A stretch of DNA of 38,733 nucleotides from Octopus bimaculoides (GCF_001194135.2 NC_068987.1:85169261-85207993); one strand, 5' to 3'; counted from the first letter of the stretch, positions 11,011 through 24,031 are shown. Numbers and translations: made by a program. The notes: generated by a model from the sequence alone, not told the origin.

Positions 11011-11307
11011 TAGTAATATTGGAGATAAAATCCAAATTTACAGGTAAAAACTCAATTAAATTCAATTTATCAAAACTTAAAATTAAATTAAGTTTCAAAA
11101 TATATGATATATANNNNNNNNNNNNNNNNNNNNNNNNNNNNNNNNNNNNNNNNNNNNNNNNNNNNNNNNNNNNNNNNNNNNNNNNNNNNNNNNNNNNNNN
11201 NNNNNNNNNNNNNNNNNNNNNNNNNNNNNNNNNNNNNNNNNNNNNNNNNNNNNNNNNNNNNNNNNNNNNNNNNNNNNNNNNNNNNNNNNNNNNNNNNNNN
11301 NNNNNNN

Positions 11308-11342
<35 letters not shown>

Positions 11343-11694
11343 GTGTGTGTGTAGGTGTGTACATATATATATTTATACGTATATATATGTATGTGTGTAT
11401 ACATATGCAGGCAGGCAAAGTAAGACGGGTCTCAATGTATTCGATTCATATAAGACATATAATGTATGTTATTCTAAACATACCGACACGTTTCCCTACA
11501 ATTCCGAAACCCTCTTACCAACCTACAAACTCCAATAATTCTATTGTAGTTTATTGTAGAACGGATATTTTAAAAATCAACTCAAACAAATTCCAGCGCC
11601 TCTGCTTCGTTATTTATTTCGAATTGTTTTTCTTGCTTCATAATTAATTCTTATTTGCATTAAAGTTATTAACACTAATGTTGTGGTTGTTATA

Positions 11695-11756
11695 ATCGTC
11701 ATCATCGTCATCATCACACACCAACACCACCACCGCCACAATCATCATCATCATCA

Positions 11757-11788
<32 letters not shown>

Positions 11789-11930
11789 ATCATCGTCGTT
11801 ATCGTCGTCGTCGTCGTCATCATCATCATCATCATCATCATCAACACTATTTCATTATTTTTGTTATCATTGTTATATCTATTATTATTATTATCATTAC
11901 TATTATTATTGTTGTTGCTGTTGTTGTTGT
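11695..11930. repeat. CAT/CGT/ATT/GTT trinucleotide mosaic
   Basis: Read directly from the sequence. Confidence 0.9.
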
Positions 11931-11935
11931 ATTAA

Positions 11936-12138
11936 GGCAGCGAGGTGGCAGAATCGTTAGCGCGCTGGATGAAATGCTTAGCGGTAGTTCTGAGTTCAAA
12001 TTCTGCCGAGGTTGACTTTGCCTTTCATCGTTTCAGGATCGATAAATTAAGTACCAGTGAAATACTAGGGGTCGATGTAATCGACTAGTCCCCTCCCTCA
12101 AAAATTTCAGACCTTGTGCCTTTAGTAGAAAGGATTAT
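11936..12138 (+). mobile_element. SINE family A with a short internal deletion
   Basis: A box TGGCAGAATCG, B box GAGTTCAAATTC, body gcctttcatcgtttcaggatcgataaattaagtaccag, tail gtgcctttagtagaaaggattat. It is flanked by ATT/GTT repeats. Confidence 0.92.
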
Positions 12139-12146
12139 CATTATAG

Positions 12147-12187
<41 letters not shown>

Positions 12188-15100
12188 GACGTCGTTCATG
12201 TTGTTTCATTGTGGAAAATTAAATACAACAAATCATTATTCATTGCTGTTAACAATTAGAGAGATATGTGAAAAGTTAAAGGTCAGGAAACACTGACAAA
12301 CAAATTTCTAGATTAATTGATTAATCTCTCAGTTCTAGTTACATAATAACCATAATAGCTTCCATACTTGTATTACTTTTTATTATTTTTGTTCCAGCAA
12401 GAGGAGATTATTGTTTACCATTTTGAAATAAAATGGAAAATAGAGACGGACAGGAAAATTTGAAAAAGAAGACAAAACAAATTTATTTATATACAACATA
12501 CAGCAAACATACAAGTAACGCAGACAATGAGTGTGTATGTGTGTGTGTATTTATATGTGTGTATGTGTGTGTGTATTTATATGTGTGTATGTGTGTACAT
12601 GTGTGCTGCGTAAACCTAAGTATCAAATTTACCTCTTTCGTTCTCTACAGATTGAAAAGAAATTATGAAAAGCATTAATCGATTTCGTCCCTTATTGGGG
12701 TTTGATCAGTTGTTTGCACACTTGACCAATCCCAGAGAAACAAGTACGTAATCTAATGAAAACTAGTAACTCCAGAGGCTTAGAGCAAATAATTTGCATA
12801 TTATAAGTGTTTAACACCTTATCTAATACACACACACATATATATATATGTATATACACATACATATTCACATATGATATGTATATATATNNNNNNNNNN
12901 NNNNNNNNNNNNNNNNNNNTATATATATATATATATATATGCTATGATGTCTGCCATATAAGAATATTATAAAAATGTATATGTAGATATATGGATATAT
13001 CGACCTACGTTTATTGTTTTGTCCTTCGTCCGTCCACAAACGGCCTCATCTTGAGCCCGCCTAGTTTTGTTATGTTTTGGTCCCATTCCCGACAAGCTAC
13101 TTGTCGGAGCCTCCAGAGTTGAAGTAGTATTATCGATAATGGCTGAAATTGCGTTTGATCCTCTAGTCGATAACTGGTGAAGAGTTGGTGAACATCTCTG
13201 CTTTCTGTTCGCCTGTGTATTTAGTATATACTCGTTTGTTCATTTACTAAACGTGTTTTTGAATTATATATATATATATATGTATGCAGGTAGGTAGGTT
13301 TTGTTGTCTTCTTTTTAATTAACCCAGAAAAAATTATATATATATACATATAGACCCCCTACACACAGATATTACATATAATATAGATATATTGAGCTGT
13401 GTATATATAAACTAACACATGCATACAAAAACACTTATAAGTACATGTATGAACATACATTTATTTCGTGTATCTTTGAATTACATGTATCTATGTATCT
13501 AAAACTGTACATAGATACATTTTCATATCTCCATGTCCGTGTGCGCGTATCAATACTCTACCAAATATACCGAGAAACATACAATCTTGGCATGGCTAAT
13601 AAGAAAGAGTTTGATGCCAATATATTCATATCGCTTTAGAAATTCATTTCATACCAAATTGAAATAATACAGAATGAAGAAGCTAAAAAATACCAGCGTA
13701 AATGGAAACTGTAAATAAATAGAGAAATGTGGACGGAAGCCGGAAGAGAGGAAATAATTTCTGTAATCAAATTACAAAGGAAGTCTCCCGCTCTACTGCT
13801 TATTAATCAGATGAAGAAAGGTTAACGTAGTTAGATCAGTAGGAATGGTGTATTATTTGCCCTCAAATTCATCCTCGACACAACACATACCAGATGGAGA
13901 TATTTCAGATATTCGGAATGAAATCGTAGACACCTAAAATCCAATAAGATTCACTTTTTTTTCTTTTTGCTCATTCTTCCAATTTATTCTCACCAACTGT
14001 TATAGCTTTTCACTTGTCAGCCTCTTATTCATGCATTATATACATTAATTTACATATATAAATGTATACTCGTATATATACATATACACACACATACACA
14101 CACCTGTGCGTGTGTGTATGTGTGTACACATACTCACACCTCTTAAACTAATTCATTTGCTAAAACTAGTTTTTTCCCGTAGTGTCTCTGTTTTGTTGAA
14201 TGCCTTATATATATATNNNNNNNNNNNNNNNNNNNNNNNNNNNNNNNNNNNNNNNNNNNNNNNNNNNNNNNNNNNNNNNNNNNNNNNNNNNNNNNNNNNN
14301 NNNNNNNNNNNNNNNNNNNNNNNNNNNNNNNNNNNNNNNNNNNNNNNNNNNNNNNNNNNNNNNNNNNNNNNNNNNNNNNNNNNNNNNNNNNNNNNNNNNN
14401 NNNNNNNNNNNNNNNNNNNNNNNNNNNNNNNNNNNNNNNNNNNNNNNNNNNNNNNNNNNNNNNNNNNNNNNNNNNNNNNNNNNNNNNNNNNNNNNNNNNN
14501 NNNNNNNNNNNNNNNNNNNNNNNNNNNNNNNNNNNNNNNNNNNNNNNNNNNNNNNNNNNNNNNNNNNNNNNNNNNNNNNNNNNNNNNNNNNNNNNNNNNN
14601 NNNNNNNNNNNNNNNNNNNNNNNNNNNNNNNNNNNNNNNNNNNNNNNNNNNNNNNNNNNNNNNNNNNNNNNNNNNNNNNNNNNNNNNNNNNNNNNNNNNN
14701 NNNNNNNNNNNNNNNNNNNNNNNNNNNNNNNNNNNNNNNNNNNNNNNNNNNNNNNNNNNNNNNNNNNNNNNNNNNNNNNNNNNNNNNNNNNNNNNNNNNN
14801 NNNNNNNNNNNNNNNNNNNNNNNNNNNNNNNNNNNNTATATATATATATATGATATAAATAATATATGAATATATGCATATATCCAAACGTAAATGTACA
14901 TACCTACATCTATATGTATACATACATGCATATGTGGGTACAGGACATCATAAAAGAACGTTAAACACAGTATATACAGAGAGGGTGAGAGAGAGAGGGG
15001 GAGAGTGAGAGATGTATGCATATATGTATATATATGTATGTATATATATATATAAATATAATGTATATATATTTATGTAGAAACACACACAGATATATAA

Positions 15101-15881
15101 GTACGTTTGTGTGTTTGTTTCTGTCCGTATGTGTATGTGCGTACAATCAAGCGCTCTCTCGCCCGAAAGGTAAAAGACAACAATCTCCGACTCCAGATAC
15201 CTACTACTAGTTTTTCAACAAACCCAACGTTAATATTAGCTATGTGTATCTGGACACCATCACACACTATTACCGAATATACACACCCATATAGCTTACA
15301 GTAGTCAAAATCCCGCTGAGTTGCACTCGGGCTCACTCTTTGCAGACCAGTTCTTTCTCGAGCATTCATAACACGCTGGACAGTAAAATATTGTTTAAAA
15401 TTCTCCAGCCGAACATATCTTAAATTTATTTACCTTTTTACACACAGTGATGAAGGAATGGGAGAAAACTCAGATCCCTGTCGCATTTTGCTTGCAGATA
15501 CTAATAGCCGGTTTCTATAAAGAGAATTGCCGATGAACCGCTCCATTTTTCAACTGTTTGTAATATTGCAGTCCTAGATATTTAGACAGCATTGACGTGC
15601 TGAAGACGGTAATTGGGCTAGAAACACGTGTTTACTTGAAAGAAATTTAACAAGATCCATAAATTGTTCACCTCGTCTGTCTTCTATCTTGCACTACATT
15701 GAACTATGTCTTTTTTTTTTAAGACGATAGGCGTCTGTGATTTGAAAGAGATTTAGTTGCTGTTTCTAGATGGTTGAACAACTACGTAAGGGCACGCACT
15801 TTTGTTTCTTCTCCACATGCAGAAGCGTCCATAAAGTTACAGAAGCACTCAATGACTAGGGTAAAGACATGCAGAAACACA

Positions 15882-15918
<37 letters not shown>

Positions 15919-16264
15919 ATATATACATGTGCACATACACACGCACAAGAAAGAGTCTGTGAGTGATGGTGTATGTGGGTGTGTGAAAATATGAGAGCAA
16001 GGAAGAAGAAAACGAACAAAGGGAGATGCAGAGTAAAAGATAGAGAAAGAGAGAAAGAATGGGAAGCTATGCAGGCAGCTGACATACAGACGGATAAAAG
16101 AGAGAACCAGATTGCAATGTAGGAAAAATAGCTATGATAAAAGAGACATGTGATGGTAGGGACATACAAATACACACACGCGCACACACATACTCATGCA
16201 CATATACACATACACACACATTTAGGCATACACACAAACACGCATGCTCGCTCTCTCATACATG

Positions 16265-16305
<41 letters not shown>

Positions 16306-17534
16306 NNNNNNNNNNNNNNNNNNNNNNNNNNNNNNNNNNNNNNNNNNNNNNNNNNNNNNNNNNNNNNNNNNNNNNNNNNNNNNNNNNNNNNNNNNNNNNN
16401 NNNNNNNNNNNNNNNNNNNNNNNNNNNNNNNNNNNNNNNNNNNNNNNNNNNNNNNNNNNNNNNNNNNNNNNNNNNNNNNNNNNNNNNNNNNNNNNNNNNN
16501 NNNNNNNNNNNNNNNNNNNNNNNNNNNNNNNNNNNNNNNNNNNNNNNNNNNNNNNNNNNNNNNNNNNNNNNNNNNNNNNNNNNNNNNNNNNNNNNNNNNN
16601 NNNNNNNNNNNNNNNNNNNNNNNNNNNNNNNNNNNNNNNNNNNNNNNNNNNNNNNNNNNNNNNNNNNNNNNNNNNNNNNNNNNNNNNNNNNNNNNNNNNN
16701 NNNNNNNNNNNNNNNNNNNNNNNNNNNNNNNNNNNNNNNNNNNNNNNNNNNNNNNNNNNNNNNNNNNNNNNNNNNNNNNNNNNNNNNNNNNNNNNNNGAG
16801 AGAGAGAGAGAAAAGAGAGAGAGAGAGAAAAGAGAGAGAGAGAGAAAAGAGAGAGAGAGAGAAAAGAGAGAGAGAGAGAAATAGAGATTGTGTCTAAGAG
16901 CAAGAGAATGACAAATTTGTGTGTATGAGAAAGAGAGACAGACAGAGATAGACAGAGAGACATAGAGAGAGAGTGAGAGAGAGTCAGAGACAGACAGATG
17001 GAGAAACAGAGGGAAACAGAAAGAGAAACAGAGAGAGATAAAGAGAGAGAGAGAAAAATAGAGGGAGGCAGAGAGGGAGAGACAGATTGTGCGTATGTGT
17101 GTGCGTGTAAGTATGTGTTAAAGAGAGAGAGACAGAGAGAGGAGTGAGAGAGAGAGGGAGTGAGAGAGAGAGTGAGAGAGAGAGGGAGAGAATTAGAGAA
17201 AAAAGGAAGTCACGAAATGGTAAAGGACAGGTGGGAGGAGACTGTATATGGGAGGGATTGTGTAAACTTTTAATTGTTATTATTTATTTATTTTCATCAT
17301 TATTTATTTTCCATCATTTAAGTGCAACGTAAATATATAAAAAAAATGGGATGGAAGACAAGTAGATGAATGGAGTACTCTATGATAGCTCTAGGAACAC
17401 ACAGAAGAAGAGATGATAACAGCGAGGTATAGTAGGAGGTGAAAGAATGTACGAGATGTGTTCTTTGATCGCCAGAACCCGTATCAGCTAGAAGAAATGA
17501 CACGGCAGTACTCAATGAACTCTATTTGCCATGA

Positions 17535-17575
17535 TTCAGGTTCGATTCGCAACTGTGATTTCTTTATTTCACGTT
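17535..17575 (+). mobile_element. Possible decayed tRNA-SINE head fragment
   Basis: An isolated B-box GGTTCGATTC followed by ctttatttcacgttg; too short to classify. Confidence 0.3.
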
Positions 17576-18064
17576 GAATCTACCAAGAAAGCGATTTAAC
17601 AAGATTAATCGAATATAGAAGGCTGTGTCTGATAAGGAAAAGTCAAAGGTTAAATGCTTAGGTATTTGTTTCGCAAGATTCCTCGTGTGAAATCGTGTGT
17701 TGAAACAGATATTGTCATTTTTTGTTTATTTATTTGTTTATTTATTTATTCATCTAGTTCTTCATATATTCATTTGCCAAATAAGCATAACACACTTCAT
17801 ATTCGTTCTTTACTTCAGCCTTATTATTGTTCTTATTTCTTTGTCCTTTGTCTGAAATCTCTTGTCACACATCCTGTGACCTCTTCAGTAACACTCCATC
17901 CCATATGTCTCTTCCTGCGTATGTTTATTTGGGGGAAAAAAAGAAAAAAATGACCATTCCGAAATATAACAACAAAAGTTAAATGCTATGATTATTATGG
18001 ACATGACAACTATTTCTAATTCATATTCTGATAAAGATATCAGGCAGAGATGGCTAAAACTATG

Positions 18065-18235
18065 AGTAACTTAATAGCACCACTTAATAGTACTTTATTT
18101 TGCCAAAACACAAAGGACGAAAGACAAAGCAGAGCATAGTTGAGCTTGGTGAAATTTGAACTCGAAACAGTCACTGAAATTCTGTATGACGATAACAGTG
18201 AGATCTGGCTGTATATGACTACAGGACATCTGCCA
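18065..18235 (-). mobile_element. SINE family A, highly decayed copy
   Basis: The minus strand reads gtggcagatgtcc...gagttcaaatttcaccaagctcaact...tttgtctttcgtccttt...aataaagtacta. Confidence 0.55.
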
Positions 18236-18467
18236 CTGAAGACACGGACCACGAAGAAATCACGTGATCATGAAGTCTCGGCTCCCGTAACCGACGACGC
18301 TTATCTACTAGTGATATAAATATGGGTACTTTTATGCATCATGCGTTAATATGAGACGTCCTCTCCAGGCTAATAACGCAGTATTCAGAACGCTAACAAT
18401 ACATCCACGTTAAGTTTGATTCAAAGATTGCCTTTTGAAATTAGCACTATTTCTGTCGCTAATAATG

Positions 18468-18521
<54 letters not shown>

Positions 18522-19268
18522 NNNNNNNNNNNNNNNNNNNNNNNNNNNNNNNNNNNNNNNNNNNNNNNNNNNNNNNNNNNNNNNNNNNNNNNNNNNNNNN
18601 NNNNNNNNNNNNNNNNNNNNNNNNNNNNNNNNNNNNNNNNNNNNNNNNNNNNNNNNNNNNNNNNNNNNNNNNNNNNNNNNNNNNNNNNNNNNNNNNNNNN
18701 NNNNNNNNNNNNNNNNNNNNNNNNNNNNNNNNNNNNNNNNNNNNNNNNNNNNNNNNNNNNNNNNNNNNNNNNNNNNNNNNNNNNNNNNNNNNNNNNNNNN
18801 NNNNNNNNNNNNNNNNNNNNNNNNNNNNNNNNNNNNNNNNNNNNNNNNNNNNNNNNNNNNNNNNNNNNNNNNNNNNNNNNNNNNNNNNNNNNNNNNNNNN
18901 NNNNNNNNNNNNNNNNNNNNNNNNNNNNNNNNNNNNNNNNNNNNNNNNNNNNNNNNNNNNNNNNNNNNNTTCTTTTAATATTAAGAACGTTCATGTCAAA
19001 CCACTACATAAAATACCCACTTGAGTTGGTAGTATTTAAAATTTTTTTAATGTTAAGCGACGCGCTAATTTGACAGCTGGAGAAAGTCAGACATTTTGGA
19101 AATAAGAAAAAAACAAACAAAAAAACATTGCTTTTTTTGATAAATATTTCGTTTTTAACTTTTTTGAACATTATCAGTTTATATGGTACTGAAATGAACT
19201 GTAACATCGATTCTGTCATTCTGCCAATGTTGAACAGACTGACTGACATACATACATACATACATACA

Positions 19269-19299
<31 letters not shown>

Positions 19300-19312
19300 T
19301 TCCATTTGTGTG

Positions 19313-19375
19313 TATTGGGTTGTCCGGAAAGTTCGTGCCGATTTATAGTAGCTTACCTTTCGACTTATTTGCCAT
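19313..19375 (+). mobile_element. Solo mariner-type terminal inverted repeat with TA target site
   Basis: TA+TTGGGTTGTCCGGAAAGTTCGTGCCGATTT resembles mariner TIRs of the TT(A/G)GGTTG...AAGT...GC.G.TTT type. I found no partner TIR or transposase in the window. Confidence 0.55.
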
Positions 19376-19730
19376 GAAACCACCTCAATTCTAATAAAGT
19401 GCATTACATAATCTCTTGTTTCGTTGCCCCTTTGCCGTTTACAAAATCTCTTATTGCGCTCTCTTCTCAGCTAACACTTTAGTTCTGAAGCAAAAGTATA
19501 CTGAGTTATGACAACAAGGTATAATCGCTATGCCTAAGTGAAATATTAATATACATATGTGTGTAAGTGTATGTGCATGAAATGCCTTACACAAAGAGAT
19601 AACACTTTACACAGCGCAAGATTTTCAACCTAATGTTCTAACCACGAGACCACGCACGTTCGCACGAAAGACAAGTATGAAAGAAACGAGGTATTATGGG
19701 AACCACTAAGCCTGCGATTTTTTTTTTAAA

Positions 19731-19846
19731 CTTTAGACAGCGTAGGCTCGAAACGTAAAAGACTTTTCATTTTTCCTGACCGTCAAACTAATACACTTGT
19801 TTGTTGTTCATGCACCTGTTTTGTCTTTTGTTTTCTTTAAATTTCA

Positions 19847-19850
<4 letters not shown>
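19731..19850 (+). mobile_element. Same hammerhead-led repeat, copy 2
   Basis: CTTT-agac-AGC GTAG GCTC-GAAAC-GTA-AAAG, then ttcctgaccgtcaaactaatacacttgtttgttgttcatgcacc. It aligns by eye with 1889-1982 and ends in (TA)n(TG)n. Confidence 0.6.
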
Positions 19851-19918
<68 letters not shown>

Positions 19919-19932
19919 TGTGTATGTTCATA

Positions 19933-20005
19933 TATACGACTGACTTGCATAGTTCCCGTCCACCAAACTCACTCACAAGATGTTTTGGACTAAGTGGCTA
20001 AAATT
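19933..20005 (-). mobile_element. SINE family B fragment
   Basis: tatacgactgactt...agttcccgtccaccaaactcactcacaag lies adjacent to (TG)n. Confidence 0.6.
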
Positions 20006-20168
20006 GCTGGAGTACACACATCAGTGTTTTAAATGTTATATTTAATAAGAATCTGCTTTAAAAATTGTTGCTTTCAGTGGTCCAACATGTTTGTATGTAT
20101 GTATGTGTGTATGTATGTATGTATGTATGTATGTATGCATATGTTTGTATATGTGTATATAGATGTAA

Positions 20169-20204
<36 letters not shown>

Positions 20205-21581
20205 NNNNNNNNNNNNNNNNNNNNNNNNNNNNNNNNNNNNNNNNNNNNNNNNNNNNNNNNNNNNNNNNNNNNNNNNNNNNNNNNNNNNNNNNNNNNNNNN
20301 NNNNNNNNNNNNNNNNNNNNNNNNNNNNNNNNNNNNNNNNNNNNNNNNNNNNNNNNNNNNNNNNNNNNNNNNNNNNNNNNNNNNNNNNNNNNNNNNNNNN
20401 NNNNNNNNNNNNNNNNNNNNNNNNNNNNNNNNNNNNNNNNNNNNNNNNNNNNNNNNNNNNNNNNNNNNNNNNNNNNNNNNNNNNNNNNNNNNNNNNNNNN
20501 NNNNNNNNNNNNNNNNNNNNNNNNNNNNNNNNNNNNNNNNNNNNNNNNNNNNNNNNNNNNNNNNNNNNNNNNNNNNNNNNNNNNNNNNNNNNNNNNNNNN
20601 NNNNNNNNNNNNNNNNNNNNNNNNNNNNNNNNNNNNNNNNNNNNNNNNNNNNNNNNNNNNNNNNNNNNNNNNNNNNNNNNNNNNNNNNNNNNNNNNNNNN
20701 NNNNNNNNNNNNNNNNNNNNNNNNNNNNNNNNNNNNNNNNNNNNNNNNNNNNNNNNNNNNNNNNNNNNNNNNNNNNNNNNNNNNNNNNNNNNNNNNNNNN
20801 NNNNNNNNNNNNNNNNNNNNNNNNNNNNNNNNNNNNNNNNNNNNNNNNNNNNNNNNNNNNNNNNNNNNNNNNNNNNNNNNNNNNNNNNNACATATATATA
20901 TATATATATACATATATATATACATATATATATATATATAGCGCCATTTCATCCTTATTTAAAAGCATCACACTGACATAATTCGAGAAAATGTTGCATA
21001 AAAGTAAACACTTTTACGGAACGAAGAAAAGTGTAATTTAGATATACTTACTATATGACGGTTGTAGTTCCTTTCAATAGACCAGATATAATGACTAAAC
21101 AACAACAACAATGACATCTACAGCAACATGTTGTTGAATAATTGATTCTTTGTATTCTTATCTATTTTAAACTATAATTTAACGTTTCCATTCGGAAAAT
21201 TAAATTTACAGTAGCTGTCAACTAAAATATATATCTTAAGTCTGAAATGTTATTTTATTCAGGAAAGATTTCCATGTATTTCACCAATATAAACAGTCAG
21301 ATATATTCGCTGCAATACTATTAATGCGTACCGTTACAGTACTAAATGGAATTATAATTGAGATGATTTGCTACGAATTTGTGAATAAATGAATATGCTA
21401 GAATATTCGATGTGGTGATACACAAACATTCAAATACGTTCAAGCAAAATCTCACGCAGAATAATTACATAAATTTCCTCATGTAAATATGTAGACGACG
21501 GAATGAGGAGCATTTTGTCATCGCAAATAATGATACAAACTCACATATATACATATGTATGCGTGTGTGTGTGTGTGTATA

Positions 21582-21639
<58 letters not shown>

Positions 21640-21782
21640 CGTATACACACCCACATATACATATACATATCTACATACATACAACATACATATATATATA
21701 TATAGCTGCAGGTATACATACATATCTTCATATTATACATATTTATATATCACTATACATATATATGTGTTTGTATATATAT

Positions 21783-21854
<72 letters not shown>

Positions 21855-22009
21855 ATACATATCATTACACATGTATATACACACTCACGTAGGATAATCA
21901 TTTCATGGCAATACCAAAACCAAATACAATACAAACATACGCACAACATAGACACATTCATTTAACAGTACATGCATCAGCACCATCATCATCACCACCA
22001 TAATCATCA

Positions 22010-22058
<49 letters not shown>

Positions 22059-22252
22059 CATTATTATTATTATTAGTATTGACTAATGGATTTCCCCATA
22101 GGGGGTTCTGCAAGGAGGCGAATCAATTATATGGCAAATGTACTCGATCTGTCCTTTCGAATCTACGTTTGATTGTATCACTTGACTACATGAGGTGTAA
22201 AGAAGTAAGCAATGTGTCACATGTGATTACAACACATACCTTATCATCATCA

Positions 22253-22320
<68 letters not shown>

Positions 22321-22992
22321 ATTATTATTATTATTATTATGAAGGGAACATTTTAGGTCGGAACATAAATGTATATATATATATGTATATATATAAATAN
22401 NNNNNNNNNNNNNNNNNNNNNNNNNNNNNNNNNNNNNNNNNNNNNNNNNNNNNNNNNNNNNNNNNNNNNNNNNNNNNNNNNNNNNNNNNNNNNNNNNNNN
22501 NNNNNNNNNNNNNNNNNNNNNNNNNNNNNNNNNNNNNNNNNNNNNNNNNNNNNNNNNNNNNNNNNNNNNNNNNNNNNNNNNNNNNNNNNNNNNNNNNNNN
22601 NNNNNNNNNNNNNNNNNNNNNNNNNNNNNNNNNNNNNNNNNNNNNNNNNNNNNNNNNNNNNNNNNNNNNNNNNNNNNNNNNNNNNNNNNNNNNNNNNNNN
22701 NNNNNNNNNNNNNNNNNNNNNNNNNNNNNNNNNNNNNNNNNNNNNNNNNNNNNNNNNNNNNNNNNNNNNNNNNNNNNNNNNNNNNNNNNNNNNNNNNNNN
22801 NNNNNNNNNNNNNNNNNNNNNNNNNNNNNNNNNNNNNNNNNNNNNNNNNNNNNNNNNNNNNNNNNNNNNNNNNNNNNNNNNNNNNNNNNNNNNNNNNNNN
22901 NNNNNNNNNNNNNNNNNNNNNNNNNNNNNNNNNNNNNNNNNNNNNNNNNNNNNNNNNNNNNNNNNNNNNNNNNNNNNNNNNNNNNNNNNNTT

Positions 22993-23101
22993 AGTAGTAT
23001 TGGTGGTGGTGGTGGTGGTGGTGGTGGTGGTGATGGTGGTAGTTGTAGTGGTGTCGGCAGAAGTGTTAGTAGTAGTAATAGCAGTAGTTGTGGAGTTGGT
23101 T

Positions 23102-23153
<52 letters not shown>

Positions 23154-23212
23154 CAGTAGTAGTAGTAGTAGTAACAGCAGCTGCAGTAGCTGAAGCAGCA
23201 GTAGCAGCAGGA
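22993..23212. repeat. GGT/GTA/GCA trinucleotide mosaic at the 3' end of the RLE LINE fragment
   Basis: Read directly from the sequence. Confidence 0.9.
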
Positions 23213-23214
23213 TG

Positions 23215-23595
23215 CAGGTTTTACTGCACTGCACTAACAAGCACATCTCAGTGGGGTTGGGCATGAGCGGGATTTTCCCATTTTGTCTTGGATTGAAAGC
23301 ACTCCCCTTATAATAATACTTGTGCACCATCTTGTAGTGCTATTTCCTGTCTGCATTGCATACTTTCAAGTCCTAATATTTTGGTTATGTATATGTCTGC
23401 ATATTTTTTTGTCACTCTTAATGCACCTATGCATCTTAATATTAAACTGATTGATTCAGAGTTTAGTCCCTGCAGTCTCCTTATCTCTATTTCCAGGTCT
23501 TTATATTGGGTAACTTTCTCTAAATAATACACGAAAGATACATTATCTTTTATTTCGTCTGGTATTACAAATTCGGGACACTTCCTTTTCTTAAA
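23215..23595 (-). mobile_element. 3' end of an R4/Dong-like non-LTR retrotransposon (restriction-like endonuclease domain plus 3' UTR), 5'-truncated and decayed
   Basis: The translation ...EKVTQYKDLEIEIRRLQGL...IGALRVTKKYADIYITKILGL...QEIALQDGAQVLL fits the RLE C-terminal pattern EKxxKYxDLxxEIxR(M/L)W...IGALG...QKxALLGTAxIL. About 90 nt of UTR follow, then a CTG/CTA trinucleotide array. Confidence 0.82.
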
Positions 23596-23614
23596 CATAC
23601 ATACATGCACCTGA

Positions 23615-23710
<96 letters not shown>

Positions 23711-24031
23711 NNNNNNNNNNNNNNNNNNNNNNNNNNNNNNNNNNNNNNNNNNNNNNNNNNNNNNNNNNNNNNNNNNNNNNNNNNNNNNNNNNNNNNNNNN
23801 NNNNNNNNNNNNNNNNNNNNNNNNNNNNNNNNNNNNNNNNNNNNNNNNNNNNNNNNNNNNNNNNNNNNNNNNNNNNNNNNNNNNNNNNNNNNNNNNNNNN
23901 NNNNNNNNNNNNNNNNNNNNNNNNNNNNNNNNNNNNNNNNNNNNNNNNNNNNNNNNNNNNNNNNNNNNNNNNNNNNNNNNNNNNNNNNNNNNNNNNNNNN
24001 NNNNNNNNNNNNNNNNNNNNNNNNNNNNNNN

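Noticed and set aside
11475-11525. Minus-strand GAAACGTGTC resembling the Penelope GAAACGCGTC
   Set aside because: There is no recognisable CUGANGA core or stem I upstream.
13167-13185. GATCCTCTAGTCGA resembling a pUC polylinker
   Set aside because: The match is imperfect and short, with no other vector sequence nearby.
15073-15369. Minus ORF with GCVYSVIVCDG, faintly like a GIY-YIG start
   Set aside because: The second YIG motif and downstream R/E residues are absent, and the orientation is opposite to the nearby hammerhead motif.
17850-17890. Minus-strand CTGAAGA followed by a GTCACA/TGTGAC hairpin
   Set aside because: No GAAA follows the stem, and helices I and III are absent.
18236-18270. 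CTGAAGA...GAAA-TCACGTGA-TC hammerhead-like string
   Set aside because: Stems I and II do not pair, and the core overlaps the decayed head of a minus-strand SINE A, so it is likely chance.
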